A DNA stretch of 64,000 nt from Chloroflexota bacterium. GTDB lineage: Bacteria; Chloroflexota; Limnocylindria; QHBO01. Shown here piece after piece: positions 8,968 through 19,179 of the stretch (positions within the stretch are counted from its first letter, which is position 1; each line of letters opens with the position of its first letter). Position numbers and translations under genes: made by a program. Location: contig JBQTHZ010000022.1 of NCBI GenBank assembly GCA_052388515.1, positions 25,102 through 89,101 of the forward strand. The letters run 5' to 3'. The notes beneath the pieces are model-generated. The model worked only from the letters and a program-made list of their open reading frames with translations. It ran no database searches and was not told the DNA's origin.

Positions 8968-10449
8968 TCAAACCGGCACCCCGGCCAGCTTGCCGAGCGC
9001 ATCGTCGATCCGGGCCAGGGAACGAGGGCGCCCGAGCATCTCGAGCGAGGCGAAGAGCGGCGGCGAGACGGTTCGGCCGGTGATCGCCACCCGGATCGGC
9101 GAGAAGAAGTCGCCAGCCTTCATGCCGGCCGCATCGGCGGCCTCCCGGCAGCGCTGCTCGAGCACGTCGGCGCTGAAGTCGGCGTCGTCGAGCTCCGCCA
9201 GCACCGAGCGCGCTCCCTCCAGCGAGTTGCGAGCCTCTTCCGGCCCGCCCTTCTTCGGGTGGAGCAGCTCCGGCCCATACCAGCCGGCCACGACCTCGTC
9301 CGGCTCCCACACGAACCCGATGAGGCCCGGGACGTCACCGAGCTTCACGAGCCGCTCCTTGATGAGCGGCACCAGGCGGAGCAGGTCGTCATCGCGTATG
9401 GCATCGGGCACCCATGGGCGCAGGCGCAGCGCGAGCTGCTCATCGCTCATGCCGCGGATGTAGACCCCGTTGAGGTGATCCAGCCGATCCTTGTCGAAGA
9501 TCGCGCCACCGTGGTGGACCTTGCCGATCTCGAACCGCGCCGCGAGCTCGTCGAGGTTGAAGATCTCCTCTTCGGTGCCGGGCGACCAACCCAGGAAGGC
9601 GAGGAAGTTGACGAAGGCCTCCGGCAGATAGCCCTCCTCTCGATACGCGGTGATGGCCGTCTGCAACTTGCGCTTGCTCATCTTCGATCGATCGGCGTTG
9701 AGGATGAGCGGGATGTGCCCGAAACGTGGTTCGCGGTATCCGAGCGCCCGGATCAGCGCGATGTGCTTCGGCGTGTTCGACAGATGATCCTCGCCGCGGA
9801 TGACGTGCGTGATCTCCATCGATTCATCGTCGACGACAACGACGAAGTGGTAGAGCGGCATTCCGTCGTTGCGCACGATCACGAAATCGCCGAGCAGCGC
9901 GTTGTCGAACTCGACCTCGCCGCGGACCAGGTCGTCGAAGCGGATCTTCTCCGGCTCGACCCTGAAGCGAATGACCGATGCCCGGCCCTCGGCCTCGAAG
10001 GCGGCACGCTCCGCATCGGTCAGGGCCAGGCAGCGCCGGTTGTAGCGCGGCGGCTCCTTGGCCGCTTCCTGCTGATGGCGAACTGCCTCCAGCTCCTCCG
10101 GCGTGCACCAGCACCGATATGCCGCGCCGGCCTCGAGCAGCCGATTCGCCTCCCGGGCGTACAGATCGGCTCTCCCGCTCTGCCGGTACGGAGCGTGGGG
10201 ACCAATGTCCTCCCCGCCGGCCACCTGCGGGCCCTCGTCCCACGTGATGCCGAGCCAGTGGAGGTTGTCGATGATGTCCCGCTCGAAGTCGACCGTGCTG
10301 CGCGCGGCGTCGGTATCCTCGATGCGCAGCACGTAGGTGCCACCGGCGTGGCGCGCGGCGAGGTAGTTGTAGAGGCTGGTGCGCGATGTGCCGATGTGGA
10401 GCGGCCCCGTGGGGCTGGGCGCCATGCGAACGCGCATCGGTCGGTCCAT
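8968..10449 (-). CDS. gltX: Glutamate--tRNA ligase
   Basis: HIGH motif PTGPLHIGT, KMSKS motif KMSKR, and class-I GluRS architecture. Confidence 0.95.
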   Translation of the reverse strand: MDRPMRVRMAPSPTGPLHIGTSRTSLYNYLAARHAGGTYVLRIEDTDAARSTVDFERDIIDNLHWLGITWDEGPQVAGGEDIGPHAPYRQSGRADLYAREANRLLEAGAAYRCWCTPEELEAVRHQQEAAKEPPRYNRRCLALTDAERAAFEAEGRASVIRFRVEPEKIRFDDLVRGEVEFDNALLGDFVIVRNDGMPLYHFVVVVDDESMEITHVIRGEDHLSNTPKHIALIRALGYREPRFGHIPLILNADRSKMSKRKLQTAITAYREEGYLPEAFVNFLAFLGWSPGTEEEIFNLDELAARFEIGKVHHGGAIFDKDRLDHLNGVYIRGMSDEQLALRLRPWVPDAIRDDDLLRLVPLIKERLVKLGDVPGLIGFVWEPDEVVAGWYGPELLHPKKGGPEEARNSLEGARSVLAELDDADFSADVLEQRCREAADAAGMKAGDFFSPIRVAITGRTVSPPLFASLEMLGRPRSLARIDDALGKLAGVPV

Positions 10450-10536
10450 CCCCCGATGCTAGCAGCCCGCACGGAGGGGTAGGCACCGGACGGGCGCGAA
10501 CCTATCATCACCGCACTCACACCGGAGGACCCGAGC

Positions 10537-11061
10537 ATGGTGGCCAACGGCCCCGAGAATCCGGAGCCCGAGAACAGGCTCTATGACCAGTTTCCGCAGG
10601 GGAAGGATCTGCCAGGGGACCAGCGAGCAGGGACGGAGGAAGGCTACAACACCTACGTCCGGCTCAACGACCCCGAGCTGTTCAGGCCGGAGGCGCTGGA
10701 GGCCGATCCGGCTCTGCGAGCATTCGCCAACAGCGGAGAAGAGATCAGCATCTCCTACGCGCTGTTCAAGAGCAGCACGCGCGAGTCCGAGTGGGCCCTT
10801 CACAAGCCGGGCCGCACGATGGCAGCCGACACGCAGAAGGGGCCGGGGTCCGGAGGCCGACTCCCGGCGGACCTCGATATCAAGCGCTCCGTTGAGCGGT
10901 ACCCGGGGCCGGCGGAGGCGAACATCGCAACGTTCGTCATCAACCACGACAACACGCTGGCCCGGTGGAAGCAGAGCATCATCGTCATGGAGAATGGCGC
11001 ACGTGCCGGCCAGATGATCTACAAGCATCCACATCCCGACGATGACCCGGCCGACCGGTAG
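10537..11061 (+). CDS. Hypothetical protein, no recognised domain
   Basis: Strong RBS GGAGGA 7 nt before ATG. High GC3 codon bias consistent with real coding. Divergent from gltX. Confidence 0.5.
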   Translation: MVANGPENPEPENRLYDQFPQGKDLPGDQRAGTEEGYNTYVRLNDPELFRPEALEADPALRAFANSGEEISISYALFKSSTRESEWALHKPGRTMAADTQKGPGSGGRLPADLDIKRSVERYPGPAEANIATFVINHDNTLARWKQSIIVMENGARAGQMIYKHPHPDDDPADR

Positions 11062-11101
11062 CGACCGAGGGCGCTGATCCGCCCGCGATGGCAGGTGGTT
11101 C

Positions 11102-14100
11102 ATGCGATGCCCCTCGTGCGATTCGGATAACCCGGACGCCGCTCATTTCTGCGCAACATGCGGGGGTCGACTGCTCCTGACCTGCGCGCACTGCGGGGCG
11201 GAGCTGGCGCATGACGCCCGGTTCTGCTCGTTCTGCGGCGAACCGGTCGGTGGTGAGGGCCAGCGGCCGGCGGAGGCGGCGCCCGAGCCCGAGCGGCGCC
11301 GGGTCTCGGTGCTCTTCGTTGACCTTGCCAATTTCACTGCGCTTGCGGAGGCGATGGACCCGGAAGAGGTTCGGGCGGTGCAGGCACGCTACTTCGAGGT
11401 GGCGCGATCGATCGTTGCCGCCTACGGGGGCACGATCGAGAAGTTCATCGGCGATGCCGTCATGGCTGTCTGGGGTGCGCCATCCGCCCACGAGGACGAT
11501 GCAGAGCGGGCGGTCCGCGCCTCCCTTGCCATGGTCTACGCGGTCGACCGCATGGGCGGAGCCGCGTCCGGCCGAGCACTCCACGCCCGTGCTGCCGTCG
11601 CGACGGGGGAGGCGGCGGTGACGATCGGCGCCCGGGGCCAGGGCATGGTCGCCGGGGACCTCGTGAACGTGGCCGCACGTCTCCAGAGCCGCGCGCCGGT
11701 CGGCGGCGTGCTCGTCGATCGGACGACCCGCGAGCGCGCGTCGACTGCAACATCGTTCCGGCGCGTCGGGGCGCTGGCTCTCAAGGGAAGGACGGGCCGG
11801 CTCGAGGCGTACCGCGCGACGGGCGCCGGCGACGGCTCCGACGGGCGACGGAGCGGCGTTCACCCGGGACGGTTGGTCGGTCGCGATCGAGAGCTGCGGG
11901 AGCTGACCGACCTGGTGAGCACGGTCATGCGCGACCGTCACAGTCGCCTGGTGTCCGTGACGGGCATCGCCGGGATCGGCAAGAGCCGGCTCGCGTGGGA
12001 GCTGGATCGCTGGGTGGACGAGCATCCCGACGGAATCGCGTGGCACGATGGGCGTGCTCTCGCGTACGGCGAGGGGATCGCCTTCTCCGCGGTGGCGCAG
12101 ATGGTCCGTCGTCGTGCCCGCATCGCCGATGGCGTGGCGCCGGAGGTGGCGCGCCGCCAGCTGGGAGCTGCTCTCGAGGAGCTCATCCGCGACGAGGCGG
12201 AGCGACGCTGGATGGAGCCACGTCTCGCGACACTCCTGTCGCGCGAGGACACGACTGCGTTCGACCGCGACGAGCTGTTCGCCGCGTGGCGACGGTTCTT
12301 CGAGGGAGTCTCCGAACGGACCCCGGTCATCCTCGTGTTCGAGGATCTGCAATGGGCGGATCCCAGCCTGGTCGACTTCATCGAGTACATGGCCACGTGG
12401 TCCAGGACCCGACCGATCTTCATCCTTACGCTGGCCAGACCCGAGCTCCTGGACCGCCGCCCGGCGTGGGGTTCCGGGGTCGGCAGCTTCACGGCGATCA
12501 GCCTGGAGCGCTTGCCCGACGATGCCATGCGAGAGCTCCTGGCAGAACGGGCACCTGACCTTCCGGCTGAGCTCCTGCAGCCGATCCTCGAGCACGCCGG
12601 CGGCGTGCCGCTCTACGCCGTCGAGGTCGCCCGGATGCTCGGCGATCGCCGTGACGCAGGGCAGGAGGAGGGGCCACCATCGGTGCGCGCGACGGCGCCA
12701 CCCATGCAGATCGAGGTGCCCGACTCACTCCACGGGCTGATCGCCGCCCGCATCGACTCGCTGCCCGCCGGCGAGCGGCGACTCCTGCTCGCGGCTGCCG
12801 TGCTCGGACACCGCTTCCGGCCGGACGCGCTCCTCACCGTCGCGGGCGGAGGTCCCGACCGAACTCGAGAGCGTCTCGACGGCCTCGTTCGGCGCGAGCT
12901 GCTGACCCTCGACGAAGAGCTCAGCTCACCCGGGCATGGCGAGGTCGGATTCGTACAGGACCTCGTGCGCGAAGTGGCATACCATACGCTCGCGCGCTCG
13001 GAGCGACGCACGCTCCACCTGGCGGCCGCCCACTACCTGGAGTCGCTCGACGAGGACGTCGCGGAGCAGCTCGCCGGGCACCTGGTCGAGGCTCATCGAC
13101 TCACGTCGCAGCCACGCGAGGCCGATCGGCTCGCCCGACGAGCGGTCGCTGCGCTCCGGCACGGCGCGCGGGGCGCCACCGCGCTCCACGTGCCAGAGCG
13201 CGCGCTCGGAATGCTCCAGGCGGCGCTCCGGCTCGGAGGAGCGGGGCAGCGTCCGACGCTCCTGGCCGAGGCTGCCGATGCCGCCCAGGCGGCTGGCCGT
13301 CTCGAGCTCGCCGAAGAGCACCTTCGCGAGCTCATTGCGCTCCAGTCGGGGGCGGGCGAGCAGCACGAGGCCGCTCGATCGCGGGCCAGGCTCGCGAGCG
13401 TCATGCTGTCCGCGCAACGCAACGAGCCGGCGCTGGCGGAGCTGGAAGCGGCGATGCGGGCGATCCGCAACTGGGAGGCCGACCCGGCCGGTGTCGCACT
13501 GGTGGCGGAGCTCGCCCGGGCGCGGACCGTCGTTGGCGACGACCGCGAGGCACTCGCCTGGGCCGACCGCGCGCTGGCGGCGGCGGAACACCTCGGGCTG
13601 GCCGGCATCGCAACCGACCTCCGCGTGACGCGTGGAACCGCGAGGGTCGCCCTGGGCGAGGAGGAGGAAGGGCTGACCGACCTGCGGGCGGCGATCGCGC
13701 AGGCCCAGGACGCGGGGTCGCTCCACACCGAGCTTCGGGCCCGGAACAACGAGGCATGGGCACTGCTGGCCGATGACCCACGTGCGGCGATGGAGACAGC
13801 CCGACTGGGCCTGGAGCTGGCCACGGCGATGGGCCTCGCCGACATCGCCGTGCCCCTGGCTGACATCGCGTGTACCGCGGCAATCGAGACCGGGGAGTGG
13901 GGCTGGGCGTTGGAGACCATCGATGAGCTCACGCAGCGCGGGATTCCCGACACATACGGGATCGTGCTGGCCGCCACCGCCTCCATCATCGGCACGCTCC
14001 GTGGGGCTGCCGACGCCATGGACGCGCTCGACGCGCTCGAACCGCTGCCGCCCGAGACCGACGGGCAGGTCGTCGCCGGCGTGCGGCAGGCGCGCGCGTG

Positions 14101-14665
14101 GGCCGCGTTCGTGGCGGGTGAGCCGGAACAGGCGCGCCGCCTGGCGCAGGAGGCCACCACCGGATACGTCGGGAACGACCCCGCATACCAGCGGGCGCTC
14201 GCGACGCGCGCCGCGTTGTGGGCGGGCGATCAACCATCGGCCGAGGCGAGCATGGCTGGCCTCAGCGCTCCGGGGCAGTGGGGGCGCGCGACCGAGGCAA
14301 CCGTCGAGACGATGGAAGCCGGGCTCGCCGCGATCGGCGCACAGCAGGATGCGCGCGCACGCTACCGCCGAGCCCGTTCGGGATGGGAGGAGCTCGGTCT
14401 GCCACTTCAGCTCGCACTCTGCATGCTTGACGAACACAGGCTCGCACCTGGATCCGCGAGCGGCGGCGAGCTCATCGCCCTGGTGACGTCACTCGGCGCG
14501 GACGGCCTGCTCCCCCTGGTCGGCGACGATGAGGTGGCACTCAGGAGCCGATCAGATCCTCCACGACCGGCGCGATCGCGTCCACCCAGAGGCGGTACTG
14601 CGCGCCGGACGGGTGCAGCCCGTCGTCCGCCACGAGCGTCGGGTCGTCCCGCGCCGCCTGGCTGA
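11102..14665 (+). CDS. Multidomain signalling protein: double zinc ribbon, class III adenylate/guanylate cyclase, AAA/STAND ATPase, TPR-like repeats
   Basis: N-terminus CPSCDS..CATCG..CAHCG..CSFCG. Cyclase core VSVLFVDLANFT...FIGDAVMAVWGAP. P-loop GIAGIGKS. Long Ala/Leu-rich TPR-like C-terminal half. The last ~40 aa are low-complexity R/P-rich and overlap the lipase gene, so the true stop may lie earlier or there is a frameshift. Confidence 0.75.
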   Translation: MRCPSCDSDNPDAAHFCATCGGRLLLTCAHCGAELAHDARFCSFCGEPVGGEGQRPAEAAPEPERRRVSVLFVDLANFTALAEAMDPEEVRAVQARYFEVARSIVAAYGGTIEKFIGDAVMAVWGAPSAHEDDAERAVRASLAMVYAVDRMGGAASGRALHARAAVATGEAAVTIGARGQGMVAGDLVNVAARLQSRAPVGGVLVDRTTRERASTATSFRRVGALALKGRTGRLEAYRATGAGDGSDGRRSGVHPGRLVGRDRELRELTDLVSTVMRDRHSRLVSVTGIAGIGKSRLAWELDRWVDEHPDGIAWHDGRALAYGEGIAFSAVAQMVRRRARIADGVAPEVARRQLGAALEELIRDEAERRWMEPRLATLLSREDTTAFDRDELFAAWRRFFEGVSERTPVILVFEDLQWADPSLVDFIEYMATWSRTRPIFILTLARPELLDRRPAWGSGVGSFTAISLERLPDDAMRELLAERAPDLPAELLQPILEHAGGVPLYAVEVARMLGDRRDAGQEEGPPSVRATAPPMQIEVPDSLHGLIAARIDSLPAGERRLLLAAAVLGHRFRPDALLTVAGGGPDRTRERLDGLVRRELLTLDEELSSPGHGEVGFVQDLVREVAYHTLARSERRTLHLAAAHYLESLDEDVAEQLAGHLVEAHRLTSQPREADRLARRAVAALRHGARGATALHVPERALGMLQAALRLGGAGQRPTLLAEAADAAQAAGRLELAEEHLRELIALQSGAGEQHEAARSRARLASVMLSAQRNEPALAELEAAMRAIRNWEADPAGVALVAELARARTVVGDDREALAWADRALAAAEHLGLAGIATDLRVTRGTARVALGEEEEGLTDLRAAIAQAQDAGSLHTELRARNNEAWALLADDPRAAMETARLGLELATAMGLADIAVPLADIACTAAIETGEWGWALETIDELTQRGIPDTYGIVLAATASIIGTLRGAADAMDALDALEPLPPETDGQVVAGVRQARAWAAFVAGEPEQARRLAQEATTGYVGNDPAYQRALATRAALWAGDQPSAEASMAGLSAPGQWGRATEATVETMEAGLAAIGAQQDARARYRRARSGWEELGLPLQLALCMLDEHRLAPGSASGGELIALVTSLGADGLLPLVGDDEVALRSRSDPPRPARSRPPRGGTARRTGAARRPPRASGRPAPPG

Positions 14666-15242
14666 TCTCGAAGATCTCGGGGATGAACCGAATGCCGCGA
14701 GCATCGCACGCCTCGCGCAGGATGGCGTTGGCACGCAGGATCGCGTCGCTCTGCTGGACCGGATCTCCAAACGCCTCGCCGCTGGGCGTGACGGTGTAGT
14801 CCGGCGTCGCGATGCACACGACCCGGTCCGGCGGCAGCCGCGTCAGCAGCTCCTCCAGGATGACCGCCACGTTGCCGGCGTACTGCGAGTCGGCGACGCC
14901 CTGCACGACGTCGTTCACGCCGATGAGGACACTCACGAGCTCGGGCCGGAGTGCGTCGAGCTGTGGAAGCTCGTCATTGATCAGGTCGAGTGTCGTGTAG
15001 CCGTTCACCGCAGGATTGCCCACGAGCTCGATCCCGGGCAGGCGCTCGACGAGTTGGTTCGGCCAGCGCTCGGCCTCCGCAACGGACGTCCCGATCGTGT
15101 ACGAGTCACCCAGGGCAACGAAGCGCACCGCAGATCCCTCCCCATCGTCCGATTCGGTCGCACATCCCGCCAGCAGGCTGAGGACCAGGAGCAGCCAGAT
15201 CCGCGCGACGCGCTGGCGCATCGCGGCCGCTACCCTGTCCAC
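14541..15242 (-). CDS. SGNH/GDSL hydrolase lipoprotein
   Basis: Lipobox LLAGC after a signal peptide. GDSYT block I, GVND block III and DGLHP block V. Confidence 0.8.
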   Translation of the reverse strand: MDRVAAAMRQRVARIWLLLVLSLLAGCATESDDGEGSAVRFVALGDSYTIGTSVAEAERWPNQLVERLPGIELVGNPAVNGYTTLDLINDELPQLDALRPELVSVLIGVNDVVQGVADSQYAGNVAVILEELLTRLPPDRVVCIATPDYTVTPSGEAFGDPVQQSDAILRANAILREACDARGIRFIPEIFEISQAARDDPTLVADDGLHPSGAQYRLWVDAIAPVVEDLIGS

Positions 15243-15304
15243 GCATGCAGCGTGCCGCAGGGAGACGTGTTCCCGCCATTCATCGCCTGGCCGTGGCCTG
15301 GTAG

Positions 15305-16042
15305 GTGTTCCTCACCGGCACCCTCCTGAACGTCGCAACGGTGCTGATCGGCACCCTGATCGGGCTTGCACTGGGCACGCGCATGCCGCAGCGCATGCAA
15401 GCGAGCCTGACCACCGGCCTCGGCCTGTTCACCGTGCTCATCGGCCTCAGTATGGGACTGCGCATCTTCACCGATCCCGCGGCCCGGGCCGGTGACGATC
15501 TCGCGGTGCTCGGCGCGGTGCTGCTCGGCGTCGTGATCGGCGAGCTGCTCCGGCTGCACGATGGCCTGGAGTGGTTGGGCGGCTGGTTTCAACGCCGGCT
15601 GGCGAGTGGCGACCGTCCCAGCCGCGTGGCCGAAGGGTTCGTCACGGCAAGCCTGGTCTTCTGCGTCGGTCCGCTGACGATCCTCGGATCGCTGGCCAAC
15701 GGCCTCACCGGCGACATTCAGCTGCTCGCCGTCAAGTCGCTCCTCGACGGCGTCGCCAGCATCGCCTTCGCCGCGGCACTCGGCGCGGGGGTTGCGCTCT
15801 CGGCTCTCACCGTGTTGATCGTGCAGGGCGGGATCGCGGGAGCCGCGCTGCTCCTGCGTGACGTCATGGACCAGGCGACCATCCTGGCGATCACCTCGGC
15901 CGGCGGCGTCATCCTGCTCGGGGTTGCGCTGCGGCTGCTCGACCTGAAGCCGATCCGGGTGGCGAGCTTCCTGCCCGCATTGCTGCTCGCCCCGCTCTTC
16001 ATCCGCCTGGCCGCGGTGGTGAGAGACGCGTTCGGCAGCTGA
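15305..16042 (+). CDS. DUF554-like (YqgA-type) integral membrane protein
   Basis: About 240 aa, multi-TM. The N-terminus GTLLNVATVLIGTLIGL resembles DUF554. Confidence 0.45.
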   Translation: MFLTGTLLNVATVLIGTLIGLALGTRMPQRMQASLTTGLGLFTVLIGLSMGLRIFTDPAARAGDDLAVLGAVLLGVVIGELLRLHDGLEWLGGWFQRRLASGDRPSRVAEGFVTASLVFCVGPLTILGSLANGLTGDIQLLAVKSLLDGVASIAFAAALGAGVALSALTVLIVQGGIAGAALLLRDVMDQATILAITSAGGVILLGVALRLLDLKPIRVASFLPALLLAPLFIRLAAVVRDAFGS

Positions 16043-17080
16043 TCAGGTCAACGTGAACGCCGCGCGCACGCCGCCGGCCCGCTCCCCTCGCGGGTCGAGG
16101 ATGGCGGGCGAGGCATACTCGGCGAGGGCGCCGGGCAGCGGATCACCCGCCAGCCCCAGCTGTCGAAGGATCTCGACGGCGGTGGCATCGCCACCGCGGC
16201 GGGCGAGGTTGCCGTCCTCGATGGCTGCGCCGATGCCCACCGGCCCATCGCCGTACGGCGCCTGCGTTGGCAGTCCACCGGGCGGCAGGCCCATGGCCAG
16301 CACGCCCTCCGCCCCTCCCTTGCTGACGATGCGCTTGGGATAGGCACGCATCAGCGCGGTGTCGATCCGGCGCCGCTCGCCGCCGACGAGCTCCGGATGG
16401 GCCATCATCGCGTCACGGATGCGCGTCAGCGCCTCGCGCAGCGGAGGGTCGGCCACCGCCGACGGATCAGCGAGGCGGGCGAAGGCGAGCGCCAGGCCCC
16501 CCAGCGGCATGCCGAAGCAGACGACCCCGCAGCCGTCGGTCGCCGTCGCAATGCGCTCGATCGGGACATCCGAGAGGGCGGAGACGGTCTCGAGTGCCAG
16601 CCGCTGAACGGGATGCCCGGGGTGCCAGTAGCTGTCGATGGGCCAGCCAGATGCCTTGGCGAAGAGGACCATGCCGGCGTGCTTGCCCGAGCAGTTTCCG
16701 CGCAGCACGGTCGGGCGCTCGCCATCGCGCACCAGGCGTTGGGCCGTCTCCGCGTCGTACGGAGCGTGGACCTGGTTCTGAAGCACGCTGCTCGTCAACC
16801 CGGCGCGGCGCAGGATCTCCTGCACCAGGCGCACATGGCGGTCCTCGCCGCTGTGACTGGCCGCCATGATGGCCAGCGCCTCGGTTCCGAGCTCGTACTC
16901 GTCGAACCGGCCCATGGCGACGAATGGAGCCAGCTGAAAGGGCTTGGCGCTCGAACGCAGGTAGACGAACTGATCCGGATCACCCGTCGACGCTACCGGC
17001 GACCCATCCGGCGCAACGACGGCAATCGAGCCGCGATGAACGGACTCGACACGGTCGCCGCGGGTGACCTCCACCAGCAC
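16043..17080 (-). CDS. Asparaginase II family (Rhizobium-type, thermolabile) enzyme
   Basis: Matches the family blocks VTRGDRVESVHRG, RSSAKPFQ, ASHSGEDRH, NCSGKHAGM and TDGCGV. GTG start at 17080 is preceded by GGAGGA. The ORF-track start at 17158 adds an Arg/Gly-rich junk leader. Confidence 0.8.
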   Translation of the reverse strand: MLVEVTRGDRVESVHRGSIAVVAPDGSPVASTGDPDQFVYLRSSAKPFQLAPFVAMGRFDEYELGTEALAIMAASHSGEDRHVRLVQEILRRAGLTSSVLQNQVHAPYDAETAQRLVRDGERPTVLRGNCSGKHAGMVLFAKASGWPIDSYWHPGHPVQRLALETVSALSDVPIERIATATDGCGVVCFGMPLGGLALAFARLADPSAVADPPLREALTRIRDAMMAHPELVGGERRRIDTALMRAYPKRIVSKGGAEGVLAMGLPPGGLPTQAPYGDGPVGIGAAIEDGNLARRGGDATAVEILRQLGLAGDPLPGALAEYASPAILDPRGERAGGVRAAFTLT

Positions 17081-17200
17081 CGGAGGTGCGGATCCTCCAC
17101 GCCGTCCCGTGCCGCCACGGCGCCCTGTCAATCGCGCGCCGCCGCGCAGGTCAGGCACCCACGACGACGCGGGCCGTCCGCCGCCCGGTGCGTCGACGGT

Positions 17201-17833
17201 CTACTGGCCGCCGCCACCCTGTCCGGCCGGCTGCCCCTCGCGCGGCTCGGCTGCAGACTTGTCGCCGCCCTCGCGGTCGCCCTTGCTGAAGATGCTCCCC
17301 CCGCCGCTCGGCCGTTGGGCCGGCTGGGCACCGCTCTGGCCTGGCTGTCCCGGCTGCGGCGTCGGTCGCGCGCCGGGCTCGCGGGTCATCGTGACGCCGC
17401 CTTCCCAGTGAGCCCCTTCCTTGACCACCAGCACCTGGGTCTTGATGTTGCCCTTGACCCGACCGGTCGAGCCGATCTCGAAGCGGCCGCCGCAATCGAC
17501 ATCGCCCTCGTAATCGCCGTTGACGACCACGTTGTGCGCCTTGATCGCGCTGCGGACGCGAGCCTGCGGGCTGATGATCAGCGTCCCCTGGCACTCGATC
17601 TCGCCCTGTGCCTCGCCCTCGATCCGCAGGTCGCGGTCGCTGACGTACTTCCCGTTGAACCGGGCATGGGGATCGATGACGCTCTCGTTGCCGCGCTCAT
17701 CGCGCCGGGGAAATTCGCTGGGTGACTGTGCCACGTCGACCTCACTCGTCAAGCTGTCCGGATACAGGTTCCCGACCACGTCCTCGCGCGAGAGACTGTC
17801 CGGCTTGGTTTCACGCTTTGATCCGAAGACCAT
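17201..17833 (-). CDS. Bactofilin (DUF583) cytoskeletal protein with Gly/Gln/Pro-rich C-terminal tail
   Basis: Repetitive beta-helical bactofilin core (G.I.G / V.G.. repeats). RBS GAGGAGG before ATG. Confidence 0.75.
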   Translation of the reverse strand: MVFGSKRETKPDSLSREDVVGNLYPDSLTSEVDVAQSPSEFPRRDERGNESVIDPHARFNGKYVSDRDLRIEGEAQGEIECQGTLIISPQARVRSAIKAHNVVVNGDYEGDVDCGGRFEIGSTGRVKGNIKTQVLVVKEGAHWEGGVTMTREPGARPTPQPGQPGQSGAQPAQRPSGGGSIFSKGDREGGDKSAAEPREGQPAGQGGGGQ

Positions 17834-18018
17834 GCTCTCCTAACCTCCTCAGGTGGCGGATCCGAGCGACGGGCGGGCACACGGTCCGTGCGCGAATAGC
17901 GTCGTGCACTGGCCGATAGCCTAGCAGCATGCCGCCAGCCAAGGTAGATCCACGCTGGAGACGGCAGGACTCGTACCAGCCTCCAGCGTGTGGTCGGGCG
18001 CCGGGTGGGAGCTCGCGC

Positions 18019-19137
18019 TCAGCCGTGCGCGGCGCGGCTTCGGGACGCCACGGCAATGACGCCGGCCGCCACCGGTATGACGATGAGGCCGGTGCGGAGG
18101 CCCGCAAGCTCACCGAGCATGCCGACGAGCGACGGCCCGATCAGAAAGCCGGCGTATCCCAGCGAGAGGACATACGAGGCCGCCCGTCCGGCATAGACGC
18201 CGGCCCGACGTCCTGCCAGGCTCACCACCACCGGCACCACGAAGGACGCACCCAGCGCGGCGACCGCCATCCCGACGATGGCGACCGCCGGGATCTGCAC
18301 CGACAGCGCCACCACCATCCCGATCATCGTCATCGTCCCCGACACGAGGAGCGTCGTCGGAGCGCCGAGCGAGTTGGCCACACCGGCGCCGATCAGGCGT
18401 CCGATGAGCATGGCGGCATGGAACGCGCCCGGGCCGAGGGCACCGATGAACGCCGCTGCGCCGAGCTCGTCACGCAGATAGATGGCCGACCACGTCTCCA
18501 TGGATCCCTCCGCCAGGAATGCCAGGCCCGCCAGCGCGGCAAGCGGCAGCATGGCGAACGCGATCGCTCGCGGCACCGCTCCGTTGGGTGCGGCGGCGCG
18601 CCAGGTCGCCGTGAGCGACAGCGCTGCAACCACCACGACCGACGCCGACAGGATCGGATACACCAGGCCGAACGGAATGCCGCCGCCGACCAGGGCGCCG
18701 CCGCCGACCGCGCCCACGACGCCGCCACCGCTGAACGCAGCGTGCAGCAACGTCAGGCGCGCCGGCCGGCTCCAGCGTTCATCCGCGAGCGCGGCACCAT
18801 TGATGGCAACGTCGAAGGCGCCGCTTCCGGCTGCGAAGACGACGACGCCGACCACCAGCACCGGCAACGATGCGAGCGTCGCGACCACGGCCAACCCGGC
18901 AGCCAGGCCGATGGCGGTGACGGCGATCCCCGGTCCGGATCCGACGCGATCGATCAGCCGCCCGGTCCCGACCATGACCGGCAGCGATACGGCGAAGCCG
19001 GCGGTCAACATCAGCCCGAGCGGCCCGGTGGTCAGATTGAATCGAGCCGCGAGGTCGGGGAGCACCGCCTGCCAGGTGCCCCACACCAGGCCGAAGACGC
19101 CGAAGGCGATCGGCAGCGGGGAGACGGGGAGGCGCAT
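18019..19137 (-). CDS. MFS transporter
   Basis: 12 predicted TM segments and MFS motif GRLIDRVG. Confidence 0.75.
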   Translation of the reverse strand: MRLPVSPLPIAFGVFGLVWGTWQAVLPDLAARFNLTTGPLGLMLTAGFAVSLPVMVGTGRLIDRVGSGPGIAVTAIGLAAGLAVVATLASLPVLVVGVVVFAAGSGAFDVAINGAALADERWSRPARLTLLHAAFSGGGVVGAVGGGALVGGGIPFGLVYPILSASVVVVAALSLTATWRAAAPNGAVPRAIAFAMLPLAALAGLAFLAEGSMETWSAIYLRDELGAAAFIGALGPGAFHAAMLIGRLIGAGVANSLGAPTTLLVSGTMTMIGMVVALSVQIPAVAIVGMAVAALGASFVVPVVVSLAGRRAGVYAGRAASYVLSLGYAGFLIGPSLVGMLGELAGLRTGLIVIPVAAGVIAVASRSRAAHG

Positions 19138-19179
19138 CGGGCCATTGTGGCCGCGCGCGCGACACTAGAATCGGCGGCG

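Noticed and set aside
14540-14665. C-terminal 40 aa of the cyclase/STAND ORF (RSRSDPPRPARSRPPRGG...)
   Set aside because: Low-complexity Arg/Pro tail overlapping the convergent lipase gene. It is probably read-through of a rare-stop frame rather than real protein, so the true stop or a frameshift is unresolved and I kept the ORF boundary with a caveat.
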